DNA of 64,000 bases from Tubiluchus corallicola (Eukaryota; Animalia; Priapulida), in contig JAQGDQ010000258.1 in assembly GCA_030141605.1 (NCBI GenBank), positions 1 to 64,000 of the forward strand, read 5' to 3'. The notes beneath the pieces are model-generated. The model was not told the DNA's origin and did not search any database. It saw only the letters and a program-made list of their open reading frames with translations. Shown here piece by piece: positions 39,301 through 47,384 of this stretch. Within the stretch, counting starts at the first letter, position 1. Each line of letters begins with the position of its first letter. Both the position numbers and the translations under genes were made by a program.

Positions 39301-42300
39301 CTATAAGCACCTATCATTTGACCTCTCTTTGAAAATATGTAGTACATCTGTCTACTATAAGCACCTATCATTTGACCTCTCTTTGTAGATCTGTAGTACA
39401 TCCGTCTACTATAAGCACATTTCATTTGACCTCTCTTTGCAGATCTGTAGTAGATCCGTATGGTGTCTAAAGGTCTTGGTATTGCCGGAGCTGGCCACTC
39501 GGGGATGAGCTCCCAGTGACCTACAAAGTGGCTCCAAGAGGCTTGTGCAACTCTACCACCTCTGCCAGACAAACTCCTACGCTCTGCCTCCTCGTGGCGA
39601 CACTGGTTTTACTAAATGAGCTAGGTGTGAAAGCGAGCTATTGGCGCTATAACCGATAAAAATGCTTGCGGGATGCCTACACTGTATCTCGACACTAGGC
39701 GGAGGAGCTGCATAAGCAGCCAACGGCTAGAGGGCGCAGGAGGTCAAGCGACCCAACGGCCATGTGTAGAGGAGTAAACCTTCCAAATCAGGAGTGGAGC
39801 CCCGAAGGCGGACCAGTGCAGCATGCTCACTGACTCCGGCAGCTCCTGCAGCCAACCTGGTGTCAAACGTATCGCTCTGCTTTCCTTTGGACTACACCAG
39901 GGAGGAAGAGAGGGGGTTCCTGATGTCTGGGCAACTCAGGATCTCCATATATCTTGCCCAGGCGTGCGCCCTGGAGAGGCCACTTCAGTGTCACTGCTTC
40001 AGTGACAGAAACAACACGAGAGGCAGCAGTTACGAGTTATAAGCCTAGAGCGAATTGGCGTGAGCTCGGGCGCTACGGGTTGCCTCCGACGCTGGGAGGG
40101 ATCATCGCATCCCAACGGTCGGCTACCGCCCGCCTAAGCTGGGCAGCCCCCAGCCAATTAGGTGCCGACCCGTCACGGTTGCCTGCTCCAATGGGTGCTT
40201 GGAGCTTAGGATAAACTCCGAATAGCATACCGCAAAGCCTGCACCAAGCAAAAAGAAAAGAAAGAAATTAAAGCCGCCAGCGCTTAGACTGGCAACCTGG
40301 AATGTTAGGACCTTATGTCCTGGGATCGCCAATGATCCAAGTCAGATTGGCGATGCAAGGAAAACAGCCATCATCAACAATGAACTCAAGCGGCTCAACA
40401 TCGATATTGCCGCGCTGCAGGAAACCAGACTTCCATCCAATGGCAGCTTAAAGGAAGAGGACTATACATTCTTCTGGCAAGGAAGGGCACCAGAGGAGCA
40501 CCGCATGCATGGCGTGGGTTTTGCAGTGAGGAACTCTCTGCTCTCTGCTATCGAACCACCTTCAGAGGGCACTGCTCGTACCCTTTCTCTTCGCCTCACA
40601 ACCACCACAGGGCCCGTAAATATCCTAAGCGTTTATGCTCCAACGCTCCTAGCGACTGCAGAAAATAAAGATGAATTCTACGCCGAGCTTGAGACCGCCA
40701 TCAAAAATATTCCCGCATCTGAGTACTTGTTCCTGCTTCGAGACTTCAACGCTCGGACCGGCTCCGACCAGTCCCACTGGCCCCGCTGTATTGGTCACTT
40801 TGGTGTTGGCAAACTGAACGAAAACGGGCAAAGATTACTGGAATTGTGCTCATATCATGATTTATGCATCACGAATACATTCTTCCCCACAAAGTCCATC
40901 CACAGAGTGTCCTGGCGTCACCCCAGATCTCGCCACTGGCACCAATTGGATCTCGTCATTACTCGAAGATCCTCGCTAAACTGTGTCAACAACACACGCA
41001 GCTACCATAGCGCAGATTGCGACACGGACCACTCAATGGTCGCCAGCAAGGTACGTCTACAACCAAAACGTATCCATCATTCAAAGCCAAAAGGACGACC
41101 TCGCATTAACACTGCCAAGTTCGCAGTTCCTGAGATAGTAAAACGCTATACTGATACCATGAAAGAAGCCCTCAAGGACCACCCAACCGGTAACGCAGAT
41201 GAAAGATGGAGTCACATACGCGATGTAACTTACAAGTCTGCTCTCAACACCTTCGGAAAAAGAGAGAGAGTGAACCCAGACTGGTTTGAAGCTGGAATCA
41301 TGGACATTGAGCCAGCTATTTCCCACAAAAGGACTGCTCTCCTCAGTTACAAAGCAAATCCTAGTGAAAGCACACTCGCAGTTCTCAGGAAGGCCAGAAG
41401 CGACGTACAGCGGATTGCCCGGCAGTGCGCAAACAATTACTGGCAGTCTATATGCCTGAGTATCCAAACGTCAGCTGACCGTGGTAATATTCGCGGCATG
41501 TATGAGGGAATGAAGAAGGCCTTTGGCCCCAGTATCACCAAGATTGCCCCTGTGAAGTCCACCACTGGAGAAATCATCACTGACCATGCCAAACAAATGG
41601 AGAGATGGGCAGAACACTACCAAAAGCTGTTCTCAAGACAAACCACTGTCACAGAAAGAGCTGTGGAATACACGACCCCCTTGCCAGTCATAGAGGAGCT
41701 CGACGATCCACCTACCAGTGAGGAGCTCATCAAAGCTATCGACTCTCTGGCGAGCGGCAAAGCTCCTGGAAGTGATTGTATACCCCCAGAGGCCATTAAA
41801 GCAGGTAAACAAACCTGTCTCCTCGAGCATTTGCACGACCTCCTTTTACAATGCTGGGATGAAGGTACTGTGCCTCAGGACATGCGTGATGCCAACATCA
41901 TTACCCTTTACAAAAATAAAGGCGATCGGAGCGATTGCAACAACTATCGCGGAATATCCCTCCTCTCCACCGTGGGAAAGACCTTTGCCCGCGTGCTACT
42001 AAACAGACTCCACCGTCTCGCCGAACGGGTTTACCCAGAAGCACAATGCGGTTTCAGGGCAGAGAGATCCACCATCGACATGATATTCTCTCTAAGACAG
42101 CTCCAGGAAAAATGCCGCGAACAACGACGGCCCCTGTTTATAGCATTCATTGACTTGACCAAAGCATTTGATTTGGTTAGCAGATCGGGCCTGTTTACAC
42201 TCCTGCAGAGAATTGGATGCCCCCCAAAGCTGCTGAGACTGATTACTTCCTTCCACGAGGAAATGAAAGGTACTGTTCAGTCCGACGGCTCTTCCTCACA

Positions 42301-44696
42301 CCCATTCCCAATCAAAAGCGGAGTTAAACAAGGATGTGTCCTCGCCCCAACCCTCTTTGGTATCCTGTTCTCTCTGCTGCTGCGCTATGCATTTAAAGAA
42401 ACTGAAGAGGGAGTCTATTTACACACACGAAGCGACGGCAGCCTGTTCAACCTCTCTCGTCTCCGAGCAAAGTCACGGGTTCGCAAAGTTCTCATTCGTG
42501 AAATGCTGTTTGCAGATGATGCCGCACTGACAGCTCACACTGAAGCCGGCCTCCAAGGCCTCATTGACAACTTTGCCCGTGCCTGCAGTGAGTTTGGCCT
42601 CACAATCAGCATCCAAAAGACCAAGGTTTTAGGCCAAAATGTTTCCCCGGCCCCTCACATCTCCATCGATGACTGCTGCCTTGACGTGGTGGAAGATTTC
42701 ACCTATCTTGGTTCTGTTATTTCCAGCAATCTTAGCTTGGCCACAGAACTGAACTCCAGAATCGGCAAGGCCTCATCAACGATGGCTCGCTTAACAAAGA
42801 GGGTGTGGGAAAACAACATGCTGACTATCAGGACAAAGTCCCAGGTGTACCAAGCCTGTGTACTGAGCACACTGTTGTACGGGAGCGAGAGTTGGACTCT
42901 GTATAGCCATCAAGAACGCAGGCTCAATGCTTTCCACCAACGCTGCCTCAGAAGAATCCTGGGCATCTCATGGCAGGAGCACATAACCAACAAGGATGTG
43001 CTAGCAAAAGCTGGAATCCCTAGCACGTCTGCGCTGGCTAGGCCATGTTTCCCGCATGCAGGACGGCAGATTGCCCAAGGACATTCTGTACGGTGAGCTT
43101 GCTACTGGCTCCCGACCCACCGGGAGGCCACTGCTCCGCTACAAAGATGTATGTAAACGGGACCTCAAGGCAGGCGGCATTACACCAGCAAATTACGAGG
43201 CGCTTGCGGCAGGTCGAAGCAACTGGAAATCTGCTGTTAGGACAGCCATTAACAGAGCGGAGAAAACAAGGGAGGAAAAACAAGAGGATGAAAAGACTCG
43301 CAGGCACCAGAAAGATGCCCTACCTCATCCGGATGAAACAGCCTTCCAATGTGTAACCTGCAGCCGGAACTGCCGCTCAAGGATCGGACTGCTCAGTCAC
43401 AGTCGACGCTGCAGCTCCATCAATTTTATTAATAACTGACTCTCTTGGCGCACAATCCATTGTCTTTCGAGACAGAAGGATGCCAACAAGTAGATCCGTC
43501 TACTATAAGCACATTTCATTTGACCTCTCTTTGCAGATCTGTAGTAGATCTGTCTACTGTAAGCACATATCATTTGAGCTCTCTTTGTAGATCTGTAGTA
43601 GATCTGTCTATTATAAGCACCTATCATTTGACAACTCTTTGTAGATCTGTAGTACATCTGTCTACTAAAAGCACATATCATTTGACCTCTCTTTGTAGAT
43701 CTGTAGTAGATCTGTCTATTATAAGCACCTATCATTTGACCTCTCTTTGTAGATCTGTAGTAGATCTGTCTACTATAAGCACATATCATTTGACCTCTCT
43801 TTGTAGATCTGTAGTAGATCTGTCTACTATAAGCACATATCATTTGACCTCTCTTTGCAGATCTATAGTAGATCTGTCTACTATAATTGCATTGCATTTG
43901 ACCTCTCTTTGTAGATCTGTAGTACATCTGTCTACTATGAGCACCTATCATTTGACCTCTCTTTGCAGATCTGTTGTAAATCTGTCTACTATAATTACAC
44001 ATCATTTGACCTCTCTTTGTAGATCTATTTGTTATAGTCACATCTCGTTTCATTACCTGTGCAGGACTTTCTAACGGATCCCAATAAAGCCAGTCAATAT
44101 GATACGCAGGCCGCACCTGTGAACACAGTTAAAACTGTTATGACATTTCAACAACAAAAACTAGATATAATAATAATTATTATTATGCTTAAGTCATTTT
44201 TAATCACTCTAACCCTATTCTTAGGTATAAATAAATAATCATTACTGAATGATTCAGTTAACTGATGATTTAATCTTTTGTTTATTTTTATATAATAGCT
44301 GTTGTTGAAATGCACACAAAACTTGCTAAAACTCGTACCATTTCTAGTCGCAGATTCGTTCTAAAAGCTGTTACATCAACAAGCTTAACCAATATTGTTT
44401 TTGCAAAAGTTATGTAAAAAACGTAAAAATGAGTATTTTCAACAATTTGCAGGAACAATTGCAACTAAAGATGAGATAGTTTGTAAAAAAAACAAAAACT
44501 ATCTAATATAAATTAGTATATATATAGTATATGAACGTTGAACACATTTACTGTTGTTGTTATTAAAATTGATAAATGCTCAAGTTTAATTAATTATTCC
44601 ATCAATTTAAACTGTTGTTGTTGCTGCTCCTGCTGTTGTTTATTATTATTATTTTTATAGTTATTATTATTATTATTACTATTATTATAATTATAA

Positions 44697-44739
<43 letters not shown>

Positions 44740-44742
44740 TAC

Positions 44743-44774
<32 letters not shown>

Positions 44775-46067
44775 AGATTATTATTGCCAATCGAATGAAC
44801 AAGCATGCATAAAATTTTAAATAAAAAATTTAAAATGAAGTACTGAATTGGTTCCTCGTTTACAAGGATCTCACTTGATCATTGAGGCACAGTGGTCTAT
44901 TGGTCATGATATTCGTCTAGCAAGTTAAAGGTCCCTGGTTCGTATCCATGTTCCTTCCTGACATTTTCAAATTTATTTTTTATAGATAAGTTCGGCTCCA
45001 TGATATAATAACAGTGGATAAATTTCAAATTTCACCATTGTTCAAGTGTAACTGCTAACTTACCGACCAATCTAAACTGTGTGCAATCAAAGTAATGCTA
45101 AGTTCTGCTTCATTTCCATCAATTGTGTCAAATTGTATTATAGATTCTGGAATAAGCTGATTATCATATCTAACTTCTTTGACGGTTGCATGCACTTGTC
45201 CTAGGTTACTACTAAAATTTGCCACTGCCAATTCATGCCCTGCAAATAGAAGTTTTACAAAATCAGTCCTTGCACAGCCGAAATTCAATTATGAAGACTT
45301 AAACAATAACTTTATCACAAAAGTGTCATATTATTATTATTATTATTAATGATACTACTACTAATAATAATAATAATTACAATGATAATAATCATAACAA
45401 TAATAATAAATTACTTTATATTGTTAATAAGATCAGTAGTGTTTTTTTTGGTGAACCAGTGGGGTACCCTGGGATGGCGTGACATTTAACCAGTTGCTAT
45501 ATTTAACATTTTAATTCATTAAAAATTTTCTTTTCCAATTCCATAAGTTTTCAGACAGATAAGCATAATGGTAAGAAATAACTTCGTAAGGAAAGTTTTT
45601 TTGCTTTAGGCAGGGGCACCGGCAGGGGCACTGACTATATGAATTACATATACAGGTAGATCTAAGGCACTCCAAATCCCTTCTGCCTCTCACACATTCC
45701 CTTTAGAATGAACAAAAAGGCTCCCACACTGCCCCCCCCCCCCCATAGAAGAGGCGAAGGGGGCCGCTGCCTCCTGACCCCATGGCTTTGCGTCTCTGTT
45801 TTTAGGACATAGTTTAAAATTTGCTTTCCTTCCTTTTCAAAAGTGCTAATATATTTAAATAATAAAAAACTACGATTCTCAACAGGTCTGTGATGCAAAC
45901 TATTAGTCAATAATTAATTACGATGTTAATGACTCACCTACAGTTTCGTTTTCAAACACAGAAAGAGTCAAAAGGTCAGGTCCATTGTCTAATGTTACCG
46001 CCAATGAGTAATGCGAAAACACTGCAACAGATGTCAGCACCAGTATTAACACATTTGAGATCCTCAT
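656..46067 (-). CDS. Multi-exon non-classical cadherin (Cad87A/CDH23/CDHR-like), 5' portion: signal peptide + >=12 EC repeats; continues beyond window start
   Basis: 30 exons with GT-AG boundaries and matching phases. Signal peptide [23 protein letters not shown]; repeated DxNDNxP, AxDxD and LDRE/LDY calcium-binding motifs. Subfamily is inferred from architecture only. Confidence 0.9.
795..2158. repeat. 44-bp minisatellite, ~31 copies
   Basis: unit gtttgttcaagataacagagtgataatacagtaaatcaaagtaa; begins ~15 nt from the acceptor of exon 656-778. Confidence 0.95.
2755..2940 (-). CDS. cadherin exon 29
   Basis: [30 protein letters not shown]... Confidence 0.88.
3095..3350 (+). repeat. interspersed repeat (second copy ~59975-60175)
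   Basis: shared taaagcaaagccgt...gagtgatttg.tagcaggat...gagaacaa. Confidence 0.65.
3600..3850. repeat. interspersed repeat (inverted copy ~12600-12790)
   Basis: caagctgaccgctagttggtaggccatcactttg vs caaagtgacggcctgccaactagcggtcagcttg. Confidence 0.65.
4212..4327 (-). CDS. cadherin exon 28
   Basis: [28 protein letters not shown]... Confidence 0.88.
5025..6468. repeat. 75-bp minisatellite, ~19 units, including a 287-bp higher-order duplication
   Basis: unit cagcattgaaccttgtcttacaccattgcagagagaaaatgccaagtcagtttaaacaaataaataaactggact; ends ~12 nt from the donor at 6479-6480. Confidence 0.95.
6481..6603 (-). CDS. cadherin exon 27
   Basis: [40 protein letters not shown]. Confidence 0.88.
6906..7381 (+). 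repeat. interspersed repeat, probably non-autonomous DNA element (second copy 61686-62170)
   Basis: shared ataattagcttagaaagttaattaatggca, cacggtaccgccttctatttgtcg, gccaatcttagtagattcactgagc. Confidence 0.75.
7774..7966 (-). CDS. cadherin exon 26
   Basis: [15 protein letters not shown]...[19 protein letters not shown]. Confidence 0.9.
8517..8633 (-). CDS. cadherin exon 25
   Basis: [39 protein letters not shown]. Confidence 0.9.
8624..10067. repeat. 40-bp minisatellite, ~36 copies, made of the exon-25 splice acceptor
   Basis: unit gcaagttaccctgagtggaataataaacattgaatcagaa; on the coding strand ...tttattattccactcAG|GGTAACTTGC. Confidence 0.96.
10298..10413 (-). CDS. cadherin exon 24
   Basis: [20 protein letters not shown]...TEVES; donor gtgagt. 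Confidence 0.85.
10530..10640 (+). mobile_element. degenerate tRNA-derived SINE fragment
   Basis: B-box-like ggagttcgatac followed by ccagagactttaaaatggtacc. Confidence 0.45.
11180..11787. mobile_element. piggyBac-like MITE
   Basis: TIR ccttatagggtcac / gtgaccctataaggg + TTAA on the right (left degenerate); subterminal gggggtaaaaaattaccccc palindromes. Confidence 0.75.
12007..12222 (-). CDS. cadherin exon 23
   Basis: [32 protein letters not shown]...IDQNDNFP. Confidence 0.9.
12932..14842. repeat. 72-bp minisatellite, ~26 copies
   Basis: unit aacagtaaaataaacccaacatactgagtgacttgttctttcctttagcacaccacaaacagtttaagtgat; ends ~20 nt from the donor at 14862-14863. Confidence 0.95.
14864..14989 (-). 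CDS. cadherin exon 22
   Basis: [23 protein letters not shown]...TVDEVS. Confidence 0.9.
15527..15633 (-). mobile_element. 5'-truncated RTE 3' end (same family as 39460-43488)
   Basis: reverse complement of ~43388-43488 (gacgctgcagctccatcaa...aataactgactctcttggc...gagacagaa). Confidence 0.85.
15640..16095. repeat. (AATGGT/AATGAT/AATGAC)n microsatellite
   Basis: seen directly. Confidence 0.95.
16137..16250 (-). CDS. cadherin exon 21
   Basis: [16 protein letters not shown]...SVQENIPI. Confidence 0.9.
16424..17294. mobile_element. piggyBac-like MITE (partial copy at ~25225-25790)
   Basis: TIR ctccttcaggaccg / cggttctgaaagag + TTAA; internal sequence shared with 25225-25790. Confidence 0.7.
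17524..17674 (-). CDS. cadherin exon 20
   Basis: [40 protein letters not shown]... Confidence 0.9.
19114..19212 (-). CDS. cadherin exon 19
   Basis: [33 protein letters not shown]. Confidence 0.88.
19786..19948 (-). CDS. cadherin exon 18
   Basis: [33 protein letters not shown]... Confidence 0.9.
20245..20850. repeat. ~120-bp tandem repeat, ~5 copies, with a degenerate 5S-like core
   Basis: repeated ggcaatatgaaaccttccaaagtcagttctc...aacaggtccagcactgcttgacttcgattgct...catgttcaaacacttag. Confidence 0.8.
20973..21138 (-). CDS. cadherin exon 17
   Basis: [37 protein letters not shown]... Confidence 0.9.
21255..22120. mobile_element. unclassified GC-richer interspersed element with internal ~140-bp duplication
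   Basis: abrupt GC shift after (TA)n; tgaccttgaccttgacttcaaa block repeated at 21850 and 21993. Confidence 0.45.
22294..22384 (-). CDS. cadherin exon 16
   Basis: [30 protein letters not shown]. Confidence 0.9.
22480..22992. repeat. (ACACT/ACACTA)n microsatellite
   Basis: seen directly. Confidence 0.95.
23222..23379 (-). CDS. cadherin exon 15
   Basis: [13 protein letters not shown]...[24 protein letters not shown]. Confidence 0.9.
23478..23856. repeat. (GATA/GACA)n microsatellite
   Basis: seen directly. Confidence 0.95.
24512..24626 (-). CDS. cadherin exon 14
   Basis: [16 protein letters not shown]...FSVNEES. Confidence 0.9.
24739..24885 (-). CDS. cadherin exon 13
   Basis: [24 protein letters not shown]...FFVQ. 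Confidence 0.88.
25913..26018 (-). CDS. cadherin exon 12
   Basis: [35 protein letters not shown]. Confidence 0.88.
26733..26965 (-). CDS. cadherin exon 11
   Basis: LVAKET...[11 protein letters not shown]...[10 protein letters not shown]. Confidence 0.92.
26988..27646. mobile_element. two back-to-back Tc1/pogo-type MITE ends flanking a (TTA)n microsatellite
   Basis: 26988-27062 and 27574-27646 are ~70-bp inverted repeats ending in agtatatacgg-ta / ta-ccgtagatact. Confidence 0.65.
28497..28685 (-). CDS. cadherin exon 10
   Basis: [33 protein letters not shown]...[13 protein letters not shown]. Confidence 0.88.
29251..29454 (-). CDS. cadherin exon 9
   Basis: VMVEKD...[27 protein letters not shown]...AFDYDN. 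Confidence 0.9.
29672..29787 (-). CDS. cadherin exon 8
   Basis: [38 protein letters not shown]. Confidence 0.9.
29828..30310. repeat. (GA)n microsatellite, (CT)n on the cadherin sense strand
   Basis: seen directly. Confidence 0.95.
30726..30813 (-). CDS. cadherin exon 7
   Basis: [29 protein letters not shown]. Confidence 0.88.
31048..31526. mobile_element. possible hAT-type MITE
   Basis: imperfect TIR cagggttc / gcaactctg; ttccctgac-type subterminal motifs. Confidence 0.4.
31668..31829 (-). CDS. cadherin exon 6
   Basis: [54 protein letters not shown]. Confidence 0.88.
33684..33776 (-). CDS. cadherin exon 5
   Basis: [31 protein letters not shown]; tttcag/gtaagc. Confidence 0.85.
33923..36988 (-). 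CDS. LINE ORF2: APE endonuclease + reverse transcriptase + C-terminal CCHC
   Basis: HWNIN, LNEIK, GDLNAR, SNHAP (APE); [24 protein letters not shown] (RT); [14 protein letters not shown]. Confidence 0.93.
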   Translation of the reverse strand: MATNVFFVNNRDSCTELRITHWNINAMKNKLEIDFVRQSLCKSDMIFLNEIKTPLKFTMPGYKTLRTNQAAGHRGGCAILISNVLASSIQSVEFGSDVIVLRLNNIPGIVFVCVYLTPSDSHYHSLECLAKINEVMMSNPHDQFVILGDLNARFGPAINKFLRNVSDSGARYLASEDSIGSPNENAKVVYNSFNSLIVVNSIQYKGRTFKSNLTYRKRENWISELDYCLISPALIDSVVNFTVNQDLRLPSNHAPLSVIFDINMLSRGALPHNLLIRSEALGAHAAEVKTPNRKHCSRQIRIAETDCVEFQRVMSSVEPPDDVDDVNSCVTDINNVFRDKLIRCKAPNRLINRYQPTDRWRRMLELNDSKEIWNAIDWKENTIESESFESPTSEEFKRHFEDLLNPDRDGPEDLLSLCDGPSIPITDDPIAFDEFVSAASECKSSSSGGPSGIPGAVFNFIPDTWINYLCFVLNFIFFSRSFPIPWCFSRLVTIFKRGSRKDCDNYRGLSIMDSLAKIYDRILCKRLEMWFKPDREQAGAQKGRSCIEWIVTLRLLMDYALFKKKKLYIVFVDFSKAYDRVPRSGLIRALRALGCGLVMLSALAAMYVNTQLVLGAAVIGVTLGVKQGSPSSCFLFTLYINPLIRELKSRCGLDGFLGNLHCLMLMDDTILLSTSREGIIQKLSFLIEFCDQSGMKVNLKKTKFMVINGDAVDRLDLVVNPLTVNHCDYYVYLGAVFSSTVKFKPALEKHCEDKYCHVLKFVSFISKNSAYPFAVKKLVLNAALLAAITYGCESWLCNDLNPIQGMYISVIKCLLGVRRTTANDLCLIELGLPSLNGFVKDTQYRFFNKIVRARVNIPDDPFMIVYNLCRESNTPCARYLRNITGYRGDFIDDDLNRIKDRIRASDRTKFVTYFQLNPELSIHRIYCDNVNELKRIKTSRLRLSSHNLAIETGRWSRIERERRLCSCGQIQTELHVICECPETRILRNNSDLIFDDLVTFFSGNPADICNFVHDALAIFGL
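36964..37722 (-). CDS. LINE ORF1 (coiled coil + RRM-like)
   Basis: heptad region followed by [12 protein letters not shown]...KRLG...RPVLV; ATG at 37722. Confidence 0.85.
   Translation of the reverse strand: MSDKPKSIDELCACDRKKLKAITKDDMIEIILAAPPSAASGGADSAVLKRLDELSNNINTKFQNLEEKLSQKIEDKHSELKTEVNVLRQVVKNQQRFLEQVDGRLRNQNLIMMGLSENEDIDGANSDDDKIRKILDVVDVEAAVVSYKRLGTATNGRDRPVLVIVENHDQRDNVVKNANKLQSSANAAVKKVRVKRDTHPAVRAEWKRLFDAEKCERDKPENRGCHIEFDKKKREITRDGVVIDSWQPMSFL
38385..38900. repeat. (GT)n-rich microsatellite
   Basis: seen directly. Confidence 0.95.
39008..39103 (-). CDS. cadherin exon 4
   Basis: [32 protein letters not shown]. Confidence 0.85.
39462..39742 (+). ncRNA. predicted HDV-like self-cleaving ribozyme
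   Basis: P1 GGUGUC/GACACU, P2 CUCCUACGCUCU/AGGGCGCAGGAG, P3-L3 GCC-UCCUCGU-GGC, GG for P1.1, J4/2 CUAG. Confidence 0.7.
40226..43439 (+). pseudogene. RTE ORF (APE-RT), frameshifted near 43027
   Basis: frame open from 40226 ([16 protein letters not shown]); [25 protein letters not shown]; [16 protein letters not shown] continues in another frame; GDFN motif reads RDFN. Confidence 0.88.
44057..44116 (-). CDS. cadherin exon 3
   Basis: [20 protein letters not shown]; 60 nt, cag/gtaatg, phase 0-0. Confidence 0.7.
44615..44785. repeat. (TTA)n microsatellite
   Basis: seen directly. Confidence 0.9.
44886..44950 (+). mobile_element. degenerate tRNA-derived SINE head
   Basis: A-box tggtctattgg, B-box ggttcgtatcc. 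Confidence 0.45.
45064..45239 (-). CDS. cadherin exon 2
   Basis: (G)[10 protein letters not shown]...LIAHSLDWS; cag/gtaagt; phase 1 to 0. Confidence 0.8.
45938..46067 (-). CDS. cadherin coding exon 1 (ATG, signal peptide)
   Basis: [43 protein letters not shown]; donor GTGAGT. An acceptor at 46090-46091 implies an upstream UTR exon. Confidence 0.8.
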
Positions 46068-47384
46068 GACGTATCAGGAAAGAATTCAACTGAAAATAAG
46101 AAATAAAAAAACTCGCTGAATCCTCAATCAACAATTTTTGCTATTAAACTCAGAAAAGTCATTGGGAGGCATTTAAAACTGTTTGCACCACGCAATCTTT
46201 TCACGAACTGAATCCCGAAATTTCAAATTCATTTTAGTTCATAACGAAAATAATTCTTACGAAACATCACTTCTATCAGCACGTACTGAAGATATTTGAC
46301 ATAACAGGCACCCCGCTAAGCATATGACTACTAACATCAGCAATGTTGTTATCTGTTATATGTTTTTACAACTCGCTGTCGAGGTATTTGACATTGTCGT
46401 TTCAAGTTTGGGCGTATAAGTACCACACAGTAAGTAAATATTGTAGGGCTTATTATCAGCAAAGCAGTTGTGACAGGTTTATCAGTATTTTACTGTGTTA
46501 CTGTGATAAGTAGTTGCAACGAGGAACAAACATTTTAGATCTAAATTACGACTGATGTTTCTGTCATGTCCAGTGAGCATGTTTTCCAAGTTCCTCATAA
46601 CAGATAAACATCTGAGAAAATTTGTCTAACTACCTGATTTTAAAACTTTCTTTGACCGAAAATGGACAGCTTTGCCGGGATACGGGGGGAATTTTCCGGT
46701 AGGCCCCTAAGTGATGAACCATCACTTTAGAAATAACCAAAAAAAGGAAAAACTAAAAAAAAAGAAAAATATTGCATAGGTTCTGAGAAGATTTAAACAA
46801 AGCTTCTTTGATGTTATAATTTCTTTCAGTAGACAATAAAATCCTCAGTTTCTTGTTTGATGAAGCTTTTTCATTTTTAAGAATAGCTTTTTATTTTGTT
46901 TTGGTTTATGAGATATTAAGCACATTGTAAAAAATATTCCCTTAGTAATACAAAATTTGGGGTATCGGGTAAAAAGTGCAGAATTAGCTATATTATACAT
47001 GTATATTACCCACTACGAATATAGTCTCATTATTTTATATTATTTGTTGTTGTTGCCGATAATGTAATATGCGTACAGAAAGAATTTAGGACAATTACCA
47101 CGTGGTTCATACACAGTACAAACTAGTACAATGCAGAAAACTCCCGCTTAAACATGTGCAGCCCTTTGACTGCTTTTACAAGTTTTCTCGGTAGAAATCT
47201 TAATCACAGCCCCCCACTGCCAATATTATTACGTGCGAAATACTATCAGAATTGCACAACTAACAACAATCAAATTCATTGCACTATAAAATTGCACGTG
47301 AAATTGCGGTTTTCCATTTCGCAACCTTTGCTTATAATTCAATACCAGAAATCTTAGTGATCTGTTTAAAATGATTCGTAACTC

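Larger units (their letters stand above)
39460..43488 (+). mobile_element. near-full-length RTE-clade (BovB-like) LINE
   Basis: APE+RT ORF; 3' end gtctttcgagacagaaggatgccaaca; candidate TSD agtagatccgt (39449-39459 / 43489-43499). Confidence 0.93.
39168..44027. repeat. 54-bp minisatellite (39168-39459 and 43489-44027) split by the RTE insertion
   Basis: unit agatctgtagtagatctgtctactataagcacctatcatttgacctctctttgt. Confidence 0.92.
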
